Shown in pieces: positions 9,283-18,602 of a stretch of 64,000 nt of DNA (within the stretch, counting starts at the first letter, position 1; each line of letters opens with the position of its first letter). Both the position numbers and the translations under genes were made by a program. Source of the DNA: Phycisphaeraceae bacterium (GTDB lineage: Bacteria > Planctomycetota > Phycisphaerae > Phycisphaerales > Phycisphaeraceae); assembly GCA_028284155.1 (NCBI GenBank), contig JANQSF010000079.1, forward strand, positions 55,684-119,683. The letters run 5' to 3'. The notes below the pieces were generated by a model that was not told the DNA's origin, made no database searches, and saw nothing but the letters and a program-made list of their open reading frames with translations.

Positions 9283-9786
9283 TCATGCCGTCGTGCTGAA
9301 CGTGCTCACCGTCATCTTGGCCGTCGGCGCCGCGCCGCGTCGGCCGTACGTCCCCGTGTCCGACAACGCCCCACCGACGACCTGCATCAGGCCGCACATG
9401 TGAGCCAACAGGCCGTCAGCCGCCCGTCGCAACGTGCCGCTTCGGCTGCGGACCGCGTCGATCCGTTCGCGTAACTGGGCCCGCATCACGAGCAGCCGCC
9501 CACGCGCGGGCTCGGGCAACCGCTCAGCCAACTCGCCCATCCGCAACGGGGCCGCCGCGCGCGGGTCAAGCGTCTGCGTCAACACAGCCACAAGGGTCAA
9601 CCGTCGTTTCTCCAGTTCGCCGATCGCCTGCACCAGGTCGTTCTCGCGACGACAGCAATCAGCCAGCGTCTCACGCTTGGCTTGCCGCATCGCCTCGAGT
9701 TTCTGGTCCATGGTTTCGAGCAGCCGCTCGTGCGCGGCCGTCTCTTCACGCAGGACGTCTTCGAGTTGTACCAGGGCCTTATCCAT
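9283..9786 (-). CDS. FlgN-like flagellar export chaperone (paralog 1)
   Basis: Helical 167-aa protein directly downstream of the rod-binding gene and upstream of flgK, the usual FlgN context. It shares a block with ORF 13429-13887 (L.AMR...L..CCR...V....LE.RRL.). Confidence 0.55.
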   Translation of the reverse strand: MDKALVQLEDVLREETAAHERLLETMDQKLEAMRQAKRETLADCCRRENDLVQAIGELEKRRLTLVAVLTQTLDPRAAAPLRMGELAERLPEPARGRLLVMRAQLRERIDAVRSRSGTLRRAADGLLAHMCGLMQVVGGALSDTGTYGRRGAAPTAKMTVSTFSTTA

Positions 9787-10165
9787 GGGTATCCACCGCG
9801 TTCGCCGGCATGCCGGGCTGTGTCAGTTGTCGATAAACCGCTTCGACGATCGGAAAGTTGGCCGCCCGCGTGATCCGATCGCCGATCACCTCGTCCAGTC
9901 GCGCGCCGAACAATTCCTCGCCTTGCCCGCCGTGAAACAGGTCGCTCTTAAAGGGGTCTTCGCGCAACATCGACAACAACGGAGCAAGGAACGTCGTCGC
10001 GACCAGATCTTCCGCCACCTTGCGTGCGGGATCCCGACCATGTTCGAGGTCCTCTCCTGATCGCGCCTTGGCCAGCAGCGCGTCGAACCCGGGCTTATCC
10101 AGGCCACTGCCACCAAATCGGGCGACGGGCAAAGTCGTCGAGATGTCGATGCCATCGATGTTCAT
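9779..10165 (-). CDS. Rod-binding protein (FlgJ N-terminal-domain-like, no muramidase domain)
   Basis: 128 aa. ARKVAEDLVATTFLAPLLSMLREDPFKSDLFHGGQGEELFGARLDEVIGDRI matches the Rod_binding pattern. Located immediately after flgI. Confidence 0.7.
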   Translation of the reverse strand: MNIDGIDISTTLPVARFGGSGLDKPGFDALLAKARSGEDLEHGRDPARKVAEDLVATTFLAPLLSMLREDPFKSDLFHGGQGEELFGARLDEVIGDRITRAANFPIVEAVYRQLTQPGMPANAVDTHG

Positions 10166-10169
10166 GGCC

Positions 10170-11285
10170 TTACTCGAGGATGAGTTCCGCGTGCAGCTTG
10201 CCGCTCTTGTGGAGCTGTTTGATAATGTCGATCCGGTCTTTGCCCTCGACCTTCAACTGGTTGAACGCCTGCAGCAAGGCGGCGAGATTCGCGCCGCCAC
10301 GTTGATCGGGGTCAACCGTCGTAAACGTGTCGCGTGAAACACGAGGCGCTTCCGGCGTCGGCGGCGGCGTGGGCGTCATCGTCGTGATCACCAACCCATG
10401 CAGTGACACGATCGCCGGGCTGATCTGTACGTCACCGGTCATGACGATCGTGCCCGTCTTCTCGTTGATCACCACACGGGCGCCGGTATTGATTTGAGAG
10501 TGATCGATGTAGGCCTGCATGATCTGGCTGATGAACGCCGCCGGGTCAACGCGCTCAGCGGGCGGGACGTGCACGAGGACGTTCTTCCCGTCGATCGCAC
10601 GGGCAATGTTCGGCCCGTCCGGCGACATCAGCCCATTGATCAGGCTGGCCAGGTTGTGCGCCATCGGCCAGGACGCGACCTGCGGCCGAATCACGAGTTG
10701 GATGCGCCCGTGGCGGTCGATCGTCTGAGAAAAGATGTTGGCCGTCAGTTGAGCGCCCTTCGGAACGATCCCAGTCGTCGGATTTGCCTTGTCCTGTATC
10801 ACAACAGCACCCTCCGCGAACGCCATCGCCTTGCTGTTAGGTAACGGGCCGGTCAGCGGCACGATGAACAGTCGGCCGCCCTCGAGGCTCTTGGCTGGCC
10901 CGATGCTGGCAACGTGAACGTCGATCGGGTCGCCATCACGGATGCCATGCGCTGGGATCTTCGCGCTGAGCGTGACCAACGCGACGTTCTTGGCGTCCTT
11001 CAACTCCTCCTGGACGACCGACGGGTCGATGAGCCGTTCAATCACCGCAGCCAGGGGCCGCATCGCAGGCAAGAACTTGCCGCCATCGCCCGTGCCGTTC
11101 AGACCGACGACAAGCCCCATGCCCACAAGTTTGCTGGACTCAGCGCCTTTTAGACGAGCGATGTCCTGAACGCGCGCGGCCTGCGCGGACGTGCAGATGA
11201 TCATCGTCAGCGCGCATGTGAGCACAGCCAGTGAGCCGGGTCTGCGAACAGATCGAACAAATACAATTGATCCAGTGTTTTGCAT
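10170..11285 (-). CDS. flgI: Flagellar P-ring protein
   Basis: Signal peptide followed by RVQDIARLKGAESSKLVGMGLVVGLNGTGD, then NEKTGTIVMTGDVQISP and a C-terminal LHKSGKLHAELILE. The track start at 11336 is TTG. The ATG at 11285 has an AAGGA SD. Confidence 0.9.
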   Translation of the reverse strand: MQNTGSIVFVRSVRRPGSLAVLTCALTMIICTSAQAARVQDIARLKGAESSKLVGMGLVVGLNGTGDGGKFLPAMRPLAAVIERLIDPSVVQEELKDAKNVALVTLSAKIPAHGIRDGDPIDVHVASIGPAKSLEGGRLFIVPLTGPLPNSKAMAFAEGAVVIQDKANPTTGIVPKGAQLTANIFSQTIDRHGRIQLVIRPQVASWPMAHNLASLINGLMSPDGPNIARAIDGKNVLVHVPPAERVDPAAFISQIMQAYIDHSQINTGARVVINEKTGTIVMTGDVQISPAIVSLHGLVITTMTPTPPPTPEAPRVSRDTFTTVDPDQRGGANLAALLQAFNQLKVEGKDRIDIIKQLHKSGKLHAELILE

Positions 11286-11352
11286 GACGTGCGTCCTTGC
11301 ACCTGATGTCGAAAGCCATTGCCGCGAGCTTCTCAACCGGAAAGATCAAGCG

Positions 11353-12147
11353 TCAGAAATTGAAGATCGTGTCGAGCACCGCCGGGATCAGGCCCTTTTT
11401 AGTCGACTTGCGCAACTCGCCCGTGTGCTGCTTCACCAGCCGCATGCCGAACAATTGCGACGAGAGCACGGTGTTGTCAGCCGTGATGTCGTCCTTGCGG
11501 CACGTACCGGTCAGGGTCATCATCAGCCGTTCATCGTCGTTCTGGATGTACTTGCGCGCCTCGATCACCAACGTGCCGTTCGGTTTCACGTCGATGATGC
11601 GGGCGGTAATCCGACTCGTGAACGTGTCACGTCGTTTGTAGTCGCCCTCGCCCTCGAACGCACGCTCAAACGACACGCCGATCTTCGGCGGGTCTTCGCT
11701 GGCGCTCGATGGACGCAGTTGGAATTGCAGCAGGTCCTTGAGCTGCAGCGACGGAAAGTCATCGATCGAACCCTTCAGGTCGTATGACTTCTCCGTCTCC
11801 AACTCGCTAGTCGCGCCGACGTCGGTCGACTCGCGCACAATGATGGTGACCAGGTCGTGCACGGCGAACTTGCGCGGCTCGGGCAGGTGCACCGCCATCA
11901 GACTGACACGCGCAATGCCGGGCGAAAGACGGTTCGGCCGACGCCCCGGCGAGGGCAGCGGCCGCACCGGTTCTTCGCGGGCTGTATACAGCGACGACGA
12001 ATGCCTGCCGTCGATCGTCCAGACCGGCCCCGCGGCCGCTCTCGGCTGGCGGCGATCCGCCGCCTCGCGCCGACCTGACTGAGCGTCGACATCGCAATGA
12101 ATGGCCAGCGGAACAAACAAGGCAAAGATGACGAGTTTCTTGTTCAT
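11353..12147 (-). CDS. flgH: Flagellar L-ring lipoprotein
   Basis: N-terminal signal sequence. Conserved C-terminal region ITARIIDVKPNGTLVIEARKYIQNDDERLMMTLTGTCRKDDITADNTVLSSQL typical of FlgH. Confidence 0.88.
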   Translation of the reverse strand: MNKKLVIFALFVPLAIHCDVDAQSGRREAADRRQPRAAAGPVWTIDGRHSSSLYTAREEPVRPLPSPGRRPNRLSPGIARVSLMAVHLPEPRKFAVHDLVTIIVRESTDVGATSELETEKSYDLKGSIDDFPSLQLKDLLQFQLRPSSASEDPPKIGVSFERAFEGEGDYKRRDTFTSRITARIIDVKPNGTLVIEARKYIQNDDERLMMTLTGTCRKDDITADNTVLSSQLFGMRLVKQHTGELRKSTKKGLIPAVLDTIFNF

Positions 12148-12210
12148 GGTTCGCCTTTGGCTGTACGTTTCGGTTTACAAAGCAGCGGTTGGTATGACGT
12201 CGTTTGATCA

Positions 12211-13350
12211 TTACTGCCGACTTGGCGACAACGCCGCGGTGCGCTGCGGCAAGCCGTCGGACGGATGGCTGCCGATCACCATCGTGGCCCTGCTACGCCC
12301 GGTGAGCGTGACGGCGAACGACTTGCGCGACCGCTCGTTGCGGACCTGGATCACGTCGCCGACCGCGCCCGCTTCGAGGGCACGCGCAACGGTCGTCACA
12401 CGCAATGCGCCGCCCACGCACTCAATGGTCAATAGCTTCCCGCGTTCCACAGCGATCGGGAGAGCCAGGTGCGACGGCTCGACCAGCATGTCACGGCGCA
12501 GCGACGCTACCGCGCGCAACCCGATCGCCTGTTCAACCTCCGTCAAGGGCACGACGTGCGCGTGCTCGATCGTGAGCGCTCTTACTTCCAAGTCGCCACG
12601 CGCCACGATCTGGCCGCGTGGGATCGCTCGCTTGACCACGACGGCCAACACATCGCGCTTGACCGTGGCCGAAACACGCGACGTATCCACGAGACGGCCT
12701 TGTCGGTAACGCCGAATCGTGATCGGGATTCGGCCCAACCGGCCGCGTGACTGCGAGTTGATCTCGATCCGGTCGCCGTTGATGCTCGCATGAACGGTCG
12801 CGGCATCGTGGTCGGCGAACGTGACCGACACGTCGTCTGCGTTGCCACCTGCCAGGTCCTTCAAGAATTGGATTACTTTGGCGCCCACGGTCAGTTTGCT
12901 GTCGAGCTCGATCGGTGCGGCCGGGTTTGCCGCTGCCGGGCCGGAGGGTGTGCGATCCGATCGCTCAACGACCGGCTCGACCTCAACCCTGGCCGGTGCG
13001 GCGTGACGATCGACGACGCACTGGCGGAATCCCCCCAGCGAGATCCGGGCCCAGTTAACTTTCCGCTCTGACAGGACGCGACGGACATCGTCGAGAGAGA
13101 TCCGGACCGACTGAACGGCCGGCAACGCGCTGAGAACGATCGTGTCTCCGAGCGCCTCAGCCTGTGCCCCCTTCAATGTGGCGATGTCGCGCAACCGAAT
13201 CTGAGTCGATTCAATGGCCACACGGTGACGCAGCGCAATCGTGTCAGCCGACACCGATACAGCGCAGCAGAGTGCGACCAGCGCGCACGTCAGGCGATGG
13301 GTACAGGTTTTGACAAGATGCAATCGGACTGGGGAGTCGTAAGGCCGCAT
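12211..13350 (-). CDS. flgA: Flagellar P-ring assembly chaperone FlgA (long form)
   Basis: SAF-like segment (RAIPRGQIVARGDLEV) and C-terminal GAVGDVIQVRNERSRKSFAVTLTG, the characteristic FlgA end. N-terminal signal peptide. Confidence 0.8.
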   Translation of the reverse strand: MRPYDSPVRLHLVKTCTHRLTCALVALCCAVSVSADTIALRHRVAIESTQIRLRDIATLKGAQAEALGDTIVLSALPAVQSVRISLDDVRRVLSERKVNWARISLGGFRQCVVDRHAAPARVEVEPVVERSDRTPSGPAAANPAAPIELDSKLTVGAKVIQFLKDLAGGNADDVSVTFADHDAATVHASINGDRIEINSQSRGRLGRIPITIRRYRQGRLVDTSRVSATVKRDVLAVVVKRAIPRGQIVARGDLEVRALTIEHAHVVPLTEVEQAIGLRAVASLRRDMLVEPSHLALPIAVERGKLLTIECVGGALRVTTVARALEAGAVGDVIQVRNERSRKSFAVTLTGRSRATMVIGSHPSDGLPQRTAALSPSRQ

Positions 13351-13428
13351 GGGGGGTCCTTTGCTTCAAGGGGCGCGGCGGGTCGTTCGGTGACGCGGTG
13401 CGTCGTTGTCGAGTCGCAATCATCTGGG

Positions 13429-13887
13429 TCAGGCGGTCGTATTCAGAGGCATCGCAGCGGGGCTTGATTCAATAGCAGTCTGGTTGACATCCGCGTAGCT
13501 GTGCGTCGTTCGGCTCGGCCGTGCCGGCTGTGGTGTGACTTGGCCCGCCGACGCGGGGCAATCGCCGATCGGGCTGACGGACTCGCTCAACGGAGTCATC
13601 AGCCGAGACGCGATTGCGCTGAGGCCAGTCTCGTCTCGCGAACCGGGCGCGATCAGCCGGGTCAATTCGGCGAGTACCTGCAACCGACGTCGCTCCAGAT
13701 CGCAGACCTGTCGCACACCCGGCTCAGCCGCGCGGCAACACGCGGTCAACTCAGCCGGCGGCGACGAGCGCATCGCGTCAAGTCGGCGGACCAGCATCGC
13801 CACGACGGAACGGTCGTCGCGCAATTCGTCGCGTAAGAGCTGCTCGAATTGTCTGTTCAGGTCGTTCATCACGTCATGGCCCCCCAT
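13429..13887 (-). CDS. FlgN-like protein (paralog 2) between flgG and flgA
   Basis: LDAMRSSPPAELTACCRAAEPGVRQVCDLERRRLQVLAELTRLIAP aligns with LEAMRQAKRETLADCCRRENDLVQAIGELEKRRLTLVAVLTQTLDP of ORF 9283-9786. C-terminus looks disordered. An alternative ATG lies at 13869. Confidence 0.5.
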   Translation of the reverse strand: MGGHDVMNDLNRQFEQLLRDELRDDRSVVAMLVRRLDAMRSSPPAELTACCRAAEPGVRQVCDLERRRLQVLAELTRLIAPGSRDETGLSAIASRLMTPLSESVSPIGDCPASAGQVTPQPARPSRTTHSYADVNQTAIESSPAAMPLNTTA

Positions 13888-13909
13888 GCGTTACGGGTCA
13901 ATCACTTGC

Positions 13910-14725
13910 TTAGAACCGTCGGAGGTTGCTGATAACCTGCAGCGCCTCGTCGGCGGTCTGGATCGTCTGACTGTTCATCTCGAAAGCGCGCTGCGTCTTG
14001 ATCAACGACACGAGTTCGCGCACGGAGTCAACGTTCGAGGCTTCGAGGTGTCCAAAGAGGATTCGGCCAATCGAACCCTCATTGGGCGTGCCGGTGATTG
14101 GCGGGCCGGAAGAAGCTGACTCGGCAAATAGGTTGCCACCGAGAGGGCGCAGGCCGCCCGGGTTAACAAAATTGGCCAATTCCAGTTGCCCAACTTGCTG
14201 AAGCCCACTCTCGCCCCGGACCTGCACGTTCACGATGCCGTCCTGGCTGACAACGACCTTCTCTGTGTTTTCCGGCACGGCGATCGGCGGGTCCAGCAGC
14301 GGGCCGTCCGACGACCCGAGCACGATGTTGCCGTCGCGGTTAATCAGAAAATTGCCGGACCGCGTATAGCCGATGCCGGTCTCGCTCTGCGCGTCGGCGA
14401 TGCGGACCTGAAACAAGCCCGGACCGTCGATCATCATGTCGACCGGACCGTTGGTCTTGATCGCCGCGCCGTTGCTGAAGTCGAATTGCGTATTGCTGAT
14501 GCGCGTGCCAAGACCCACGTAGAGCCCGGACGGGCCCGACGCTTCAGTCGTGGGCGTCTCGACGCCGGGTTGACTCTTCTCCTGGTAGAGCAGGTCTTCA
14601 AAGTTGGCGCGCGACGCGCGAAAACCCAACGTGTTCGCGTTCGCCAGGTTGTTGGCGATGATGTCGATCTCGGTCGAGAGCGCCGAGAGCGCGGTCGCCG
14701 ATGAATGTAATGCTGTAATGGCCAT
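13910..14725 (-). CDS. flgG: Flagellar distal rod protein
   Basis: MAITALHSSATALSALSTEIDIIANNLANANTLGFRASRANFEDLLYQ and C-terminal LEASNVDSVRELVSLIKTQRAFEMNSQTIQTADEAL. Confidence 0.92.
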   Translation of the reverse strand: MAITALHSSATALSALSTEIDIIANNLANANTLGFRASRANFEDLLYQEKSQPGVETPTTEASGPSGLYVGLGTRISNTQFDFSNGAAIKTNGPVDMMIDGPGLFQVRIADAQSETGIGYTRSGNFLINRDGNIVLGSSDGPLLDPPIAVPENTEKVVVSQDGIVNVQVRGESGLQQVGQLELANFVNPGGLRPLGGNLFAESASSGPPITGTPNEGSIGRILFGHLEASNVDSVRELVSLIKTQRAFEMNSQTIQTADEALQVISNLRRF

Positions 14726-14737
14726 AGAAAGTCAGCC

Positions 14738-15520
14738 CTATGCGGAGACTCGGCCGAGCGTGTTGATCGCGCGGTCCATCGTCTGGTCGTGGTAACGGAT
14801 GAGGTTGGCGTTGCCGGTGACGGCCTTGGCCGCCTGAACGACTTTGAGCATGGCCTGGATGGCGTCGACCGCGCTGCCCTCGACGAACCCCGCGCGGATG
14901 CTCGTGTCGGCCGCGGCCGTGCGCGGGTCGCCCGGCTCCAGCGACTTGAACAGACCGCTGCCCTGCTTGATCAGTTGATCGCGATCATTGACCGACGTGA
15001 CCTGGATGCGACCGACCGATTCGCCGTTCTGCATGACGTGACCGTCAAGCTGAATCGACACGTCCGCGCCGCTGGCGATCACGATCGGCTGATCGCCCAC
15101 GCCCAGCACGGGGTGGCCGCCGGTGGTGGTTACCAGCGTGCCATCGGACGCCCGGCTGAAACGCCCGTCGCGCGTGAAGCGCAGTTCGTCGCCCGTCGCG
15201 CCTTCGACCCGCGTAACGAAGAACGTGTCGGGCGACTCGAGCATCGCGTGGAGTTGGTTGCCCGTGTTCTGGGCGGGGCCGATACGGAAATCGACGTGCT
15301 GCGGGCCGGCCAAGACGCCGCCGCCAAGTTTGTCGAGCAACGCGTGTCGCACGTCAATCCCGAATCCGCCTTCGACGGATTCGGGGTGTCGCTGGTGAAC
15401 GGCCGGCCGATCGGGCTTGAAGCCGATCGTGTTGACGTTCGCCAGATTGTTGGCAAAGACGTCCTGGCGGTACATATTCGTCAGGACGCCTGAGGCGGAA
15501 AGATACAGGCCGTAGTTCAT
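14738..15520 (-). CDS. flgF: Flagellar proximal rod protein FlgF (FlgF/FlgG family)
   Basis: MNYGLYLSASGVLTNMYRQDVFANNLANVNTIGFKPD and C-terminal VEGSAVDAIQAMLKVVQAAKAVTGNANLIRYHDQTMDRAIN. The ATG at 15520 is preceded by AAGGAGGTG. Confidence 0.88.
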   Translation of the reverse strand: MNYGLYLSASGVLTNMYRQDVFANNLANVNTIGFKPDRPAVHQRHPESVEGGFGIDVRHALLDKLGGGVLAGPQHVDFRIGPAQNTGNQLHAMLESPDTFFVTRVEGATGDELRFTRDGRFSRASDGTLVTTTGGHPVLGVGDQPIVIASGADVSIQLDGHVMQNGESVGRIQVTSVNDRDQLIKQGSGLFKSLEPGDPRTAAADTSIRAGFVEGSAVDAIQAMLKVVQAAKAVTGNANLIRYHDQTMDRAINTLGRVSA

Positions 15521-15843
15521 CGACGCACCTCCTTGTGAGTCGCCTCCGCAACGCCGCCGACCTCCGCGCATCCGTGCCCTTGAATGGCGTCAACCGTGAC
15601 GCCTGTGGGGGCGGTCGGGGCGTGTCGGGTGTCATCCGACTGGAGCGTTGGAACCACAGCCAACCGGTCGAGTCCTTCCAACCGGAACGGCACTTTCCGA
15701 GCAGAATGAGTATCGCAGCCCGCATCTAAACTGGCGGCCTCGCACATGTGGGCGGCGGCCGCCAATCGCGCCAAGCGGTTCAACGTTTGGCCGAGGTGCT
15801 CGTCGCCGGACTCGCGGAAGATGTCGAGGATGCGTTGAGCCAT
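15517..15843 (-). CDS. Possible small ORF (108 aa) whose TGA overlaps the flgF ATG (ATGA)
   Basis: MAQRILDIFRESGDEHLGQTLNRLARLAAAAHM... has a helical-looking N-terminus, but the C-terminal half has poor coding character. The only positive evidence is the ATGA overlap with flgF. Confidence 0.25.
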   Translation of the reverse strand: MAQRILDIFRESGDEHLGQTLNRLARLAAAAHMCEAASLDAGCDTHSARKVPFRLEGLDRLAVVPTLQSDDTRHAPTAPTGVTVDAIQGHGCAEVGGVAEATHKEVRR

Positions 15844-15958
15844 GGGGTGCTGCGTCTGGTCTGGGTCACTGATCCTGCAAGGCCGCCGGTCGCCCGGACC
15901 GACAGCCGCACCGCCCGTCCTGCGAGGATGGACGGCGACGATGGAACTAAGGCAACGG

Positions 15959-16047
15959 CGATGCCAACCTGAAATCGATGCCAATCCCGCCCGGAAATCT
16001 GAATGCAAATAGCTTGCATTTATAGTTTTATAAATATGTAGACAGGT
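15959..16047 (-). promoter_or_regulatory. Candidate promoter/operator region for the flgF operon
   Basis: Strongly AT-rich island (TTGCATTTATAGTTTTATAAATATGTAGAC) in a high-GC genome. 7-bp inverted repeat AATGCAA-N5-TTGCATT at 16002-16020. Direct repeat CGATGCCAA at 15959-15967 and 15976-15984. Confidence 0.3.
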
Positions 16048-16197
16048 CATGCCAACGCTATGCGCATCGTTAGAGCAAAAGATGCGCGGCGCAAGGATTG
16101 CCTCCCGTGCGCACCGTGTGCGCGACGTGGGCGGGACATGCGTTCTGACGGTGATCTGGACGTGCTGAACGGCGCAAGGTGGCCGGGTTACAACCTG

Positions 16198-17250
16198 CTA
16201 AGCCTTCTGGCCGAGCATCCGTTCCAGTGCGTCAGCCGTGTGATACACGATGGCTTCGTGCCAATGGGGAAATGGATTGAAGTATTCAAAGGTCAGGTAG
16301 CCACGGTACTCCACCTTGTCGAGCGCTTCGAGCACGGCCGGCCAATCGGTCGTGCCGTCGAGCAACAAGCGGAAAGCGTTCAGGTTGAACTCGTGCACCT
16401 TCTTTGAGTATTCCTTGAGGTGGATGTTCTGGGTGCGTTTGCCGAGGATCGGTATCCAGTGCTCGGGGAAGTGGTATTGCATGATGTTGCCGGTGTCGAA
16501 GTGGACCTTGACCCGGTCGGACTTGAATTGATCGACGAAGCCATTCATCTCCTGCGGGCTGTGGAGGAAGCCGTTGGCGAAGATGTTCTCCATGTTGAGA
16601 TAGACCTTGTGCTTGGTGGCCGCGGGGATGAGGCTGCGCACCGCGTCGGTCGCGCGTTGCAGCGCCACGTCGTGCGGCACGGGCGGCTCCTCTGGAATCC
16701 AAGGGGCATAGACCGACCCCGGCACGACCAGCAGGTTGTCCGTGTCCAGCAGGCGGGCGGCCTCGATCATCTTGCCGGCCAGTTCGACGCCGCGTTTGCG
16801 ACGTTCGGGATCGGCGTGCGTAAACGCGTATGGCCAGAACAGGAACGAGCACACACCGCTGATCTGCACGCCCACCTTGCGCGCCATGTCGCCGATCGCC
16901 TTGATGTCCGCCGCACTCGCGTCCGGCGACAGGTCGCCTTCCAGCGCGTAGTTCACCTCGACGCCATCAAAGCCCGCATCGGCGCATAATTCGAAGCAGT
17001 CCTTGAGTGACATCTTGTCCGGGTACGGCAGCGCCCACAGGTTGATCGACTTCTTCATGTCGTACCGCTTGCTGGGCTCGCGCCCGCCAGCGCGTTTCGC
17101 GGAGGTTGCGGGCTTGTCGTCGGCCGCGACGGCCAGACCTTGCGCCGCCATGAACGCGCTGCCGAACGCGGCTGAATAGGCCAGCAGCTCACGTCGGTTC
17201 AGGTCGTTACCGGGGGGCGTTGCGTGCGGGTCTTGCGGGCGCTGTGACAT
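16198..17250 (-). CDS. Sugar phosphate isomerase/epimerase (xylose isomerase-like TIM barrel) with Tat signal
   Basis: Twin-arginine signal NRRELLAYSAAFGSAFMAAQGLAVA. Body has FDGVEVNY, HFDTGN and LKEY... motifs of the AP-endonuclease-2/xylose-isomerase-like fold. Confidence 0.8.
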   Translation of the reverse strand: MSQRPQDPHATPPGNDLNRRELLAYSAAFGSAFMAAQGLAVAADDKPATSAKRAGGREPSKRYDMKKSINLWALPYPDKMSLKDCFELCADAGFDGVEVNYALEGDLSPDASAADIKAIGDMARKVGVQISGVCSFLFWPYAFTHADPERRKRGVELAGKMIEAARLLDTDNLLVVPGSVYAPWIPEEPPVPHDVALQRATDAVRSLIPAATKHKVYLNMENIFANGFLHSPQEMNGFVDQFKSDRVKVHFDTGNIMQYHFPEHWIPILGKRTQNIHLKEYSKKVHEFNLNAFRLLLDGTTDWPAVLEALDKVEYRGYLTFEYFNPFPHWHEAIVYHTADALERMLGQKA

Positions 17251-17312
17251 GTGAAACTCCTGACTTGAAGTGTGCGGTAACGATCCTGACCGACACCAGT
17301 CTACCAACGCGG

Positions 17313-18560
17313 TCAGCCGGTGAGCCGCAACGGCATCGCTAGCAATGAGCGCGTGCCGATCCGCTTCGTCCAGATCAGCCCATCCCGGGGCACGGCCAGT
17401 GACAGGCCGGGGAACCGCGTCAGGACGTGCTCCAAGGCGACTGCCGCCTCCATCCGCGCCAGTTTCATACCGAGGCAGATGTGGATGCCCGAGCCAAAAC
17501 CGACGTGCCGGTTCGGCGAGCGCTTGATGTCAAACCGCTGCGGATCGTCGAAGACTTGTGGGTCGCTGTTCGCGCACGCGAGCATCGGCAGTACATACTG
17601 CCCACGCTTCAAGGATTGCCCGTGCAGTGTCATGTCTTCGGCGACGATGCGCGGCTTCGTGAACTGGATCGGCGTCGCGTAACGCAGCACCTCGTCCACT
17701 GTCGGCACGGCCAGGGACCAGTCACTTACCAGCAACGCGCGCTGATCGGGGTGGTCCAGCAGACACAGCAAAGCCATCGTGATCAGATGCGTCGTCGTCT
17801 CGTGACCAGCGAATAGCAGGAGAAAACCCATCGACACCAATTCGTCCTCGCTGAGCGAATCGCCATCGCGCTCGGCCTGAACGAGCAACGACAACAAACC
17901 GTCGCGCGGTGTCGTCCGGCACTGCCGGATCTGGTCGCGGAAGTAGCCGCTGATCTTAAACATGAACGGCAGCAACTTGAACAACCCGACGAGCGAACTG
18001 ACCGTCGCCAAGCCCGCCGCCCATCGTGTGAACTTGGCGCGGTCCTCGGCCGGCAGACCCAGCAACTCGCAGATCACGGCCAACGGGAACTGGCGCGCAA
18101 ACGCCGTGAAGTCGACGACTCCCGCATCACCAGGCCCCATCTGCGATTGTCCCGGCACCTCGATCGTCTGATCCATCACCGTCCGCGCCAAAGTCTCGAC
18201 ACGTTCGCGCATGTCTTCGACACTCCGCCGGCGAAAGGCGTCCTCCACCAGGTCGCGCAGACGGCGGTGGTCCGGCTCGTCCTTGGCCAACATATTCTGC
18301 GCCGGCCCACGAAACACCTTCGACACCCACCACTGCAGATCGACCCACTTGCTCTTGCCCGCGTTCCGAGCGTCGCGCACAAACCGCTCATGGTCGTGCA
18401 GCACGTCCGTCACCGCCTCGTGCGTCGTCGCCAGCCAGACATGACCGATAATCGGGATCTTCGACCACACCAACGACCCCGCCTCTCGCATCCGATCGAG
18501 TGTCGGAAACGGGTCGGCCTTGAAGGCCGGCGAGGTCATGTCGAAACGCTGTGGCTCCAT
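17313..18560 (-). CDS. Cytochrome P450
   Basis: Heme-binding loop FGSGIHICLG (FxxGxxxCxG), I-helix LLLFAGHETT, and the EVLRY (ExxR) motif. ATG at 18560; GTG at 18566 is also possible. Confidence 0.92.
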   Translation of the reverse strand: MEPQRFDMTSPAFKADPFPTLDRMREAGSLVWSKIPIIGHVWLATTHEAVTDVLHDHERFVRDARNAGKSKWVDLQWWVSKVFRGPAQNMLAKDEPDHRRLRDLVEDAFRRRSVEDMRERVETLARTVMDQTIEVPGQSQMGPGDAGVVDFTAFARQFPLAVICELLGLPAEDRAKFTRWAAGLATVSSLVGLFKLLPFMFKISGYFRDQIRQCRTTPRDGLLSLLVQAERDGDSLSEDELVSMGFLLLFAGHETTTHLITMALLCLLDHPDQRALLVSDWSLAVPTVDEVLRYATPIQFTKPRIVAEDMTLHGQSLKRGQYVLPMLACANSDPQVFDDPQRFDIKRSPNRHVGFGSGIHICLGMKLARMEAAVALEHVLTRFPGLSLAVPRDGLIWTKRIGTRSLLAMPLRLTG

Positions 18561-18602
18561 CGGCACACACCCCGTTGGTCACCGATGTGCGGGCGGACAT
18601 CA

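Noticed and set aside
15948-15968. Sigma-54-like GG-N10-GC spacing (AGGCAACGGCGATGCC) on the plus strand
   Set aside because: It points away from the flagellar operon, towards no plus-strand gene. The match to TGGCAC-N5-TTGCW is weak.
15844-16050. Upstream two-fifths of the 177-aa ORF 15517-16050
   Set aside because: It runs through the AT-rich promoter-like island and has poor coding character. Only the 3' 108 codons were kept, as a low-confidence candidate.
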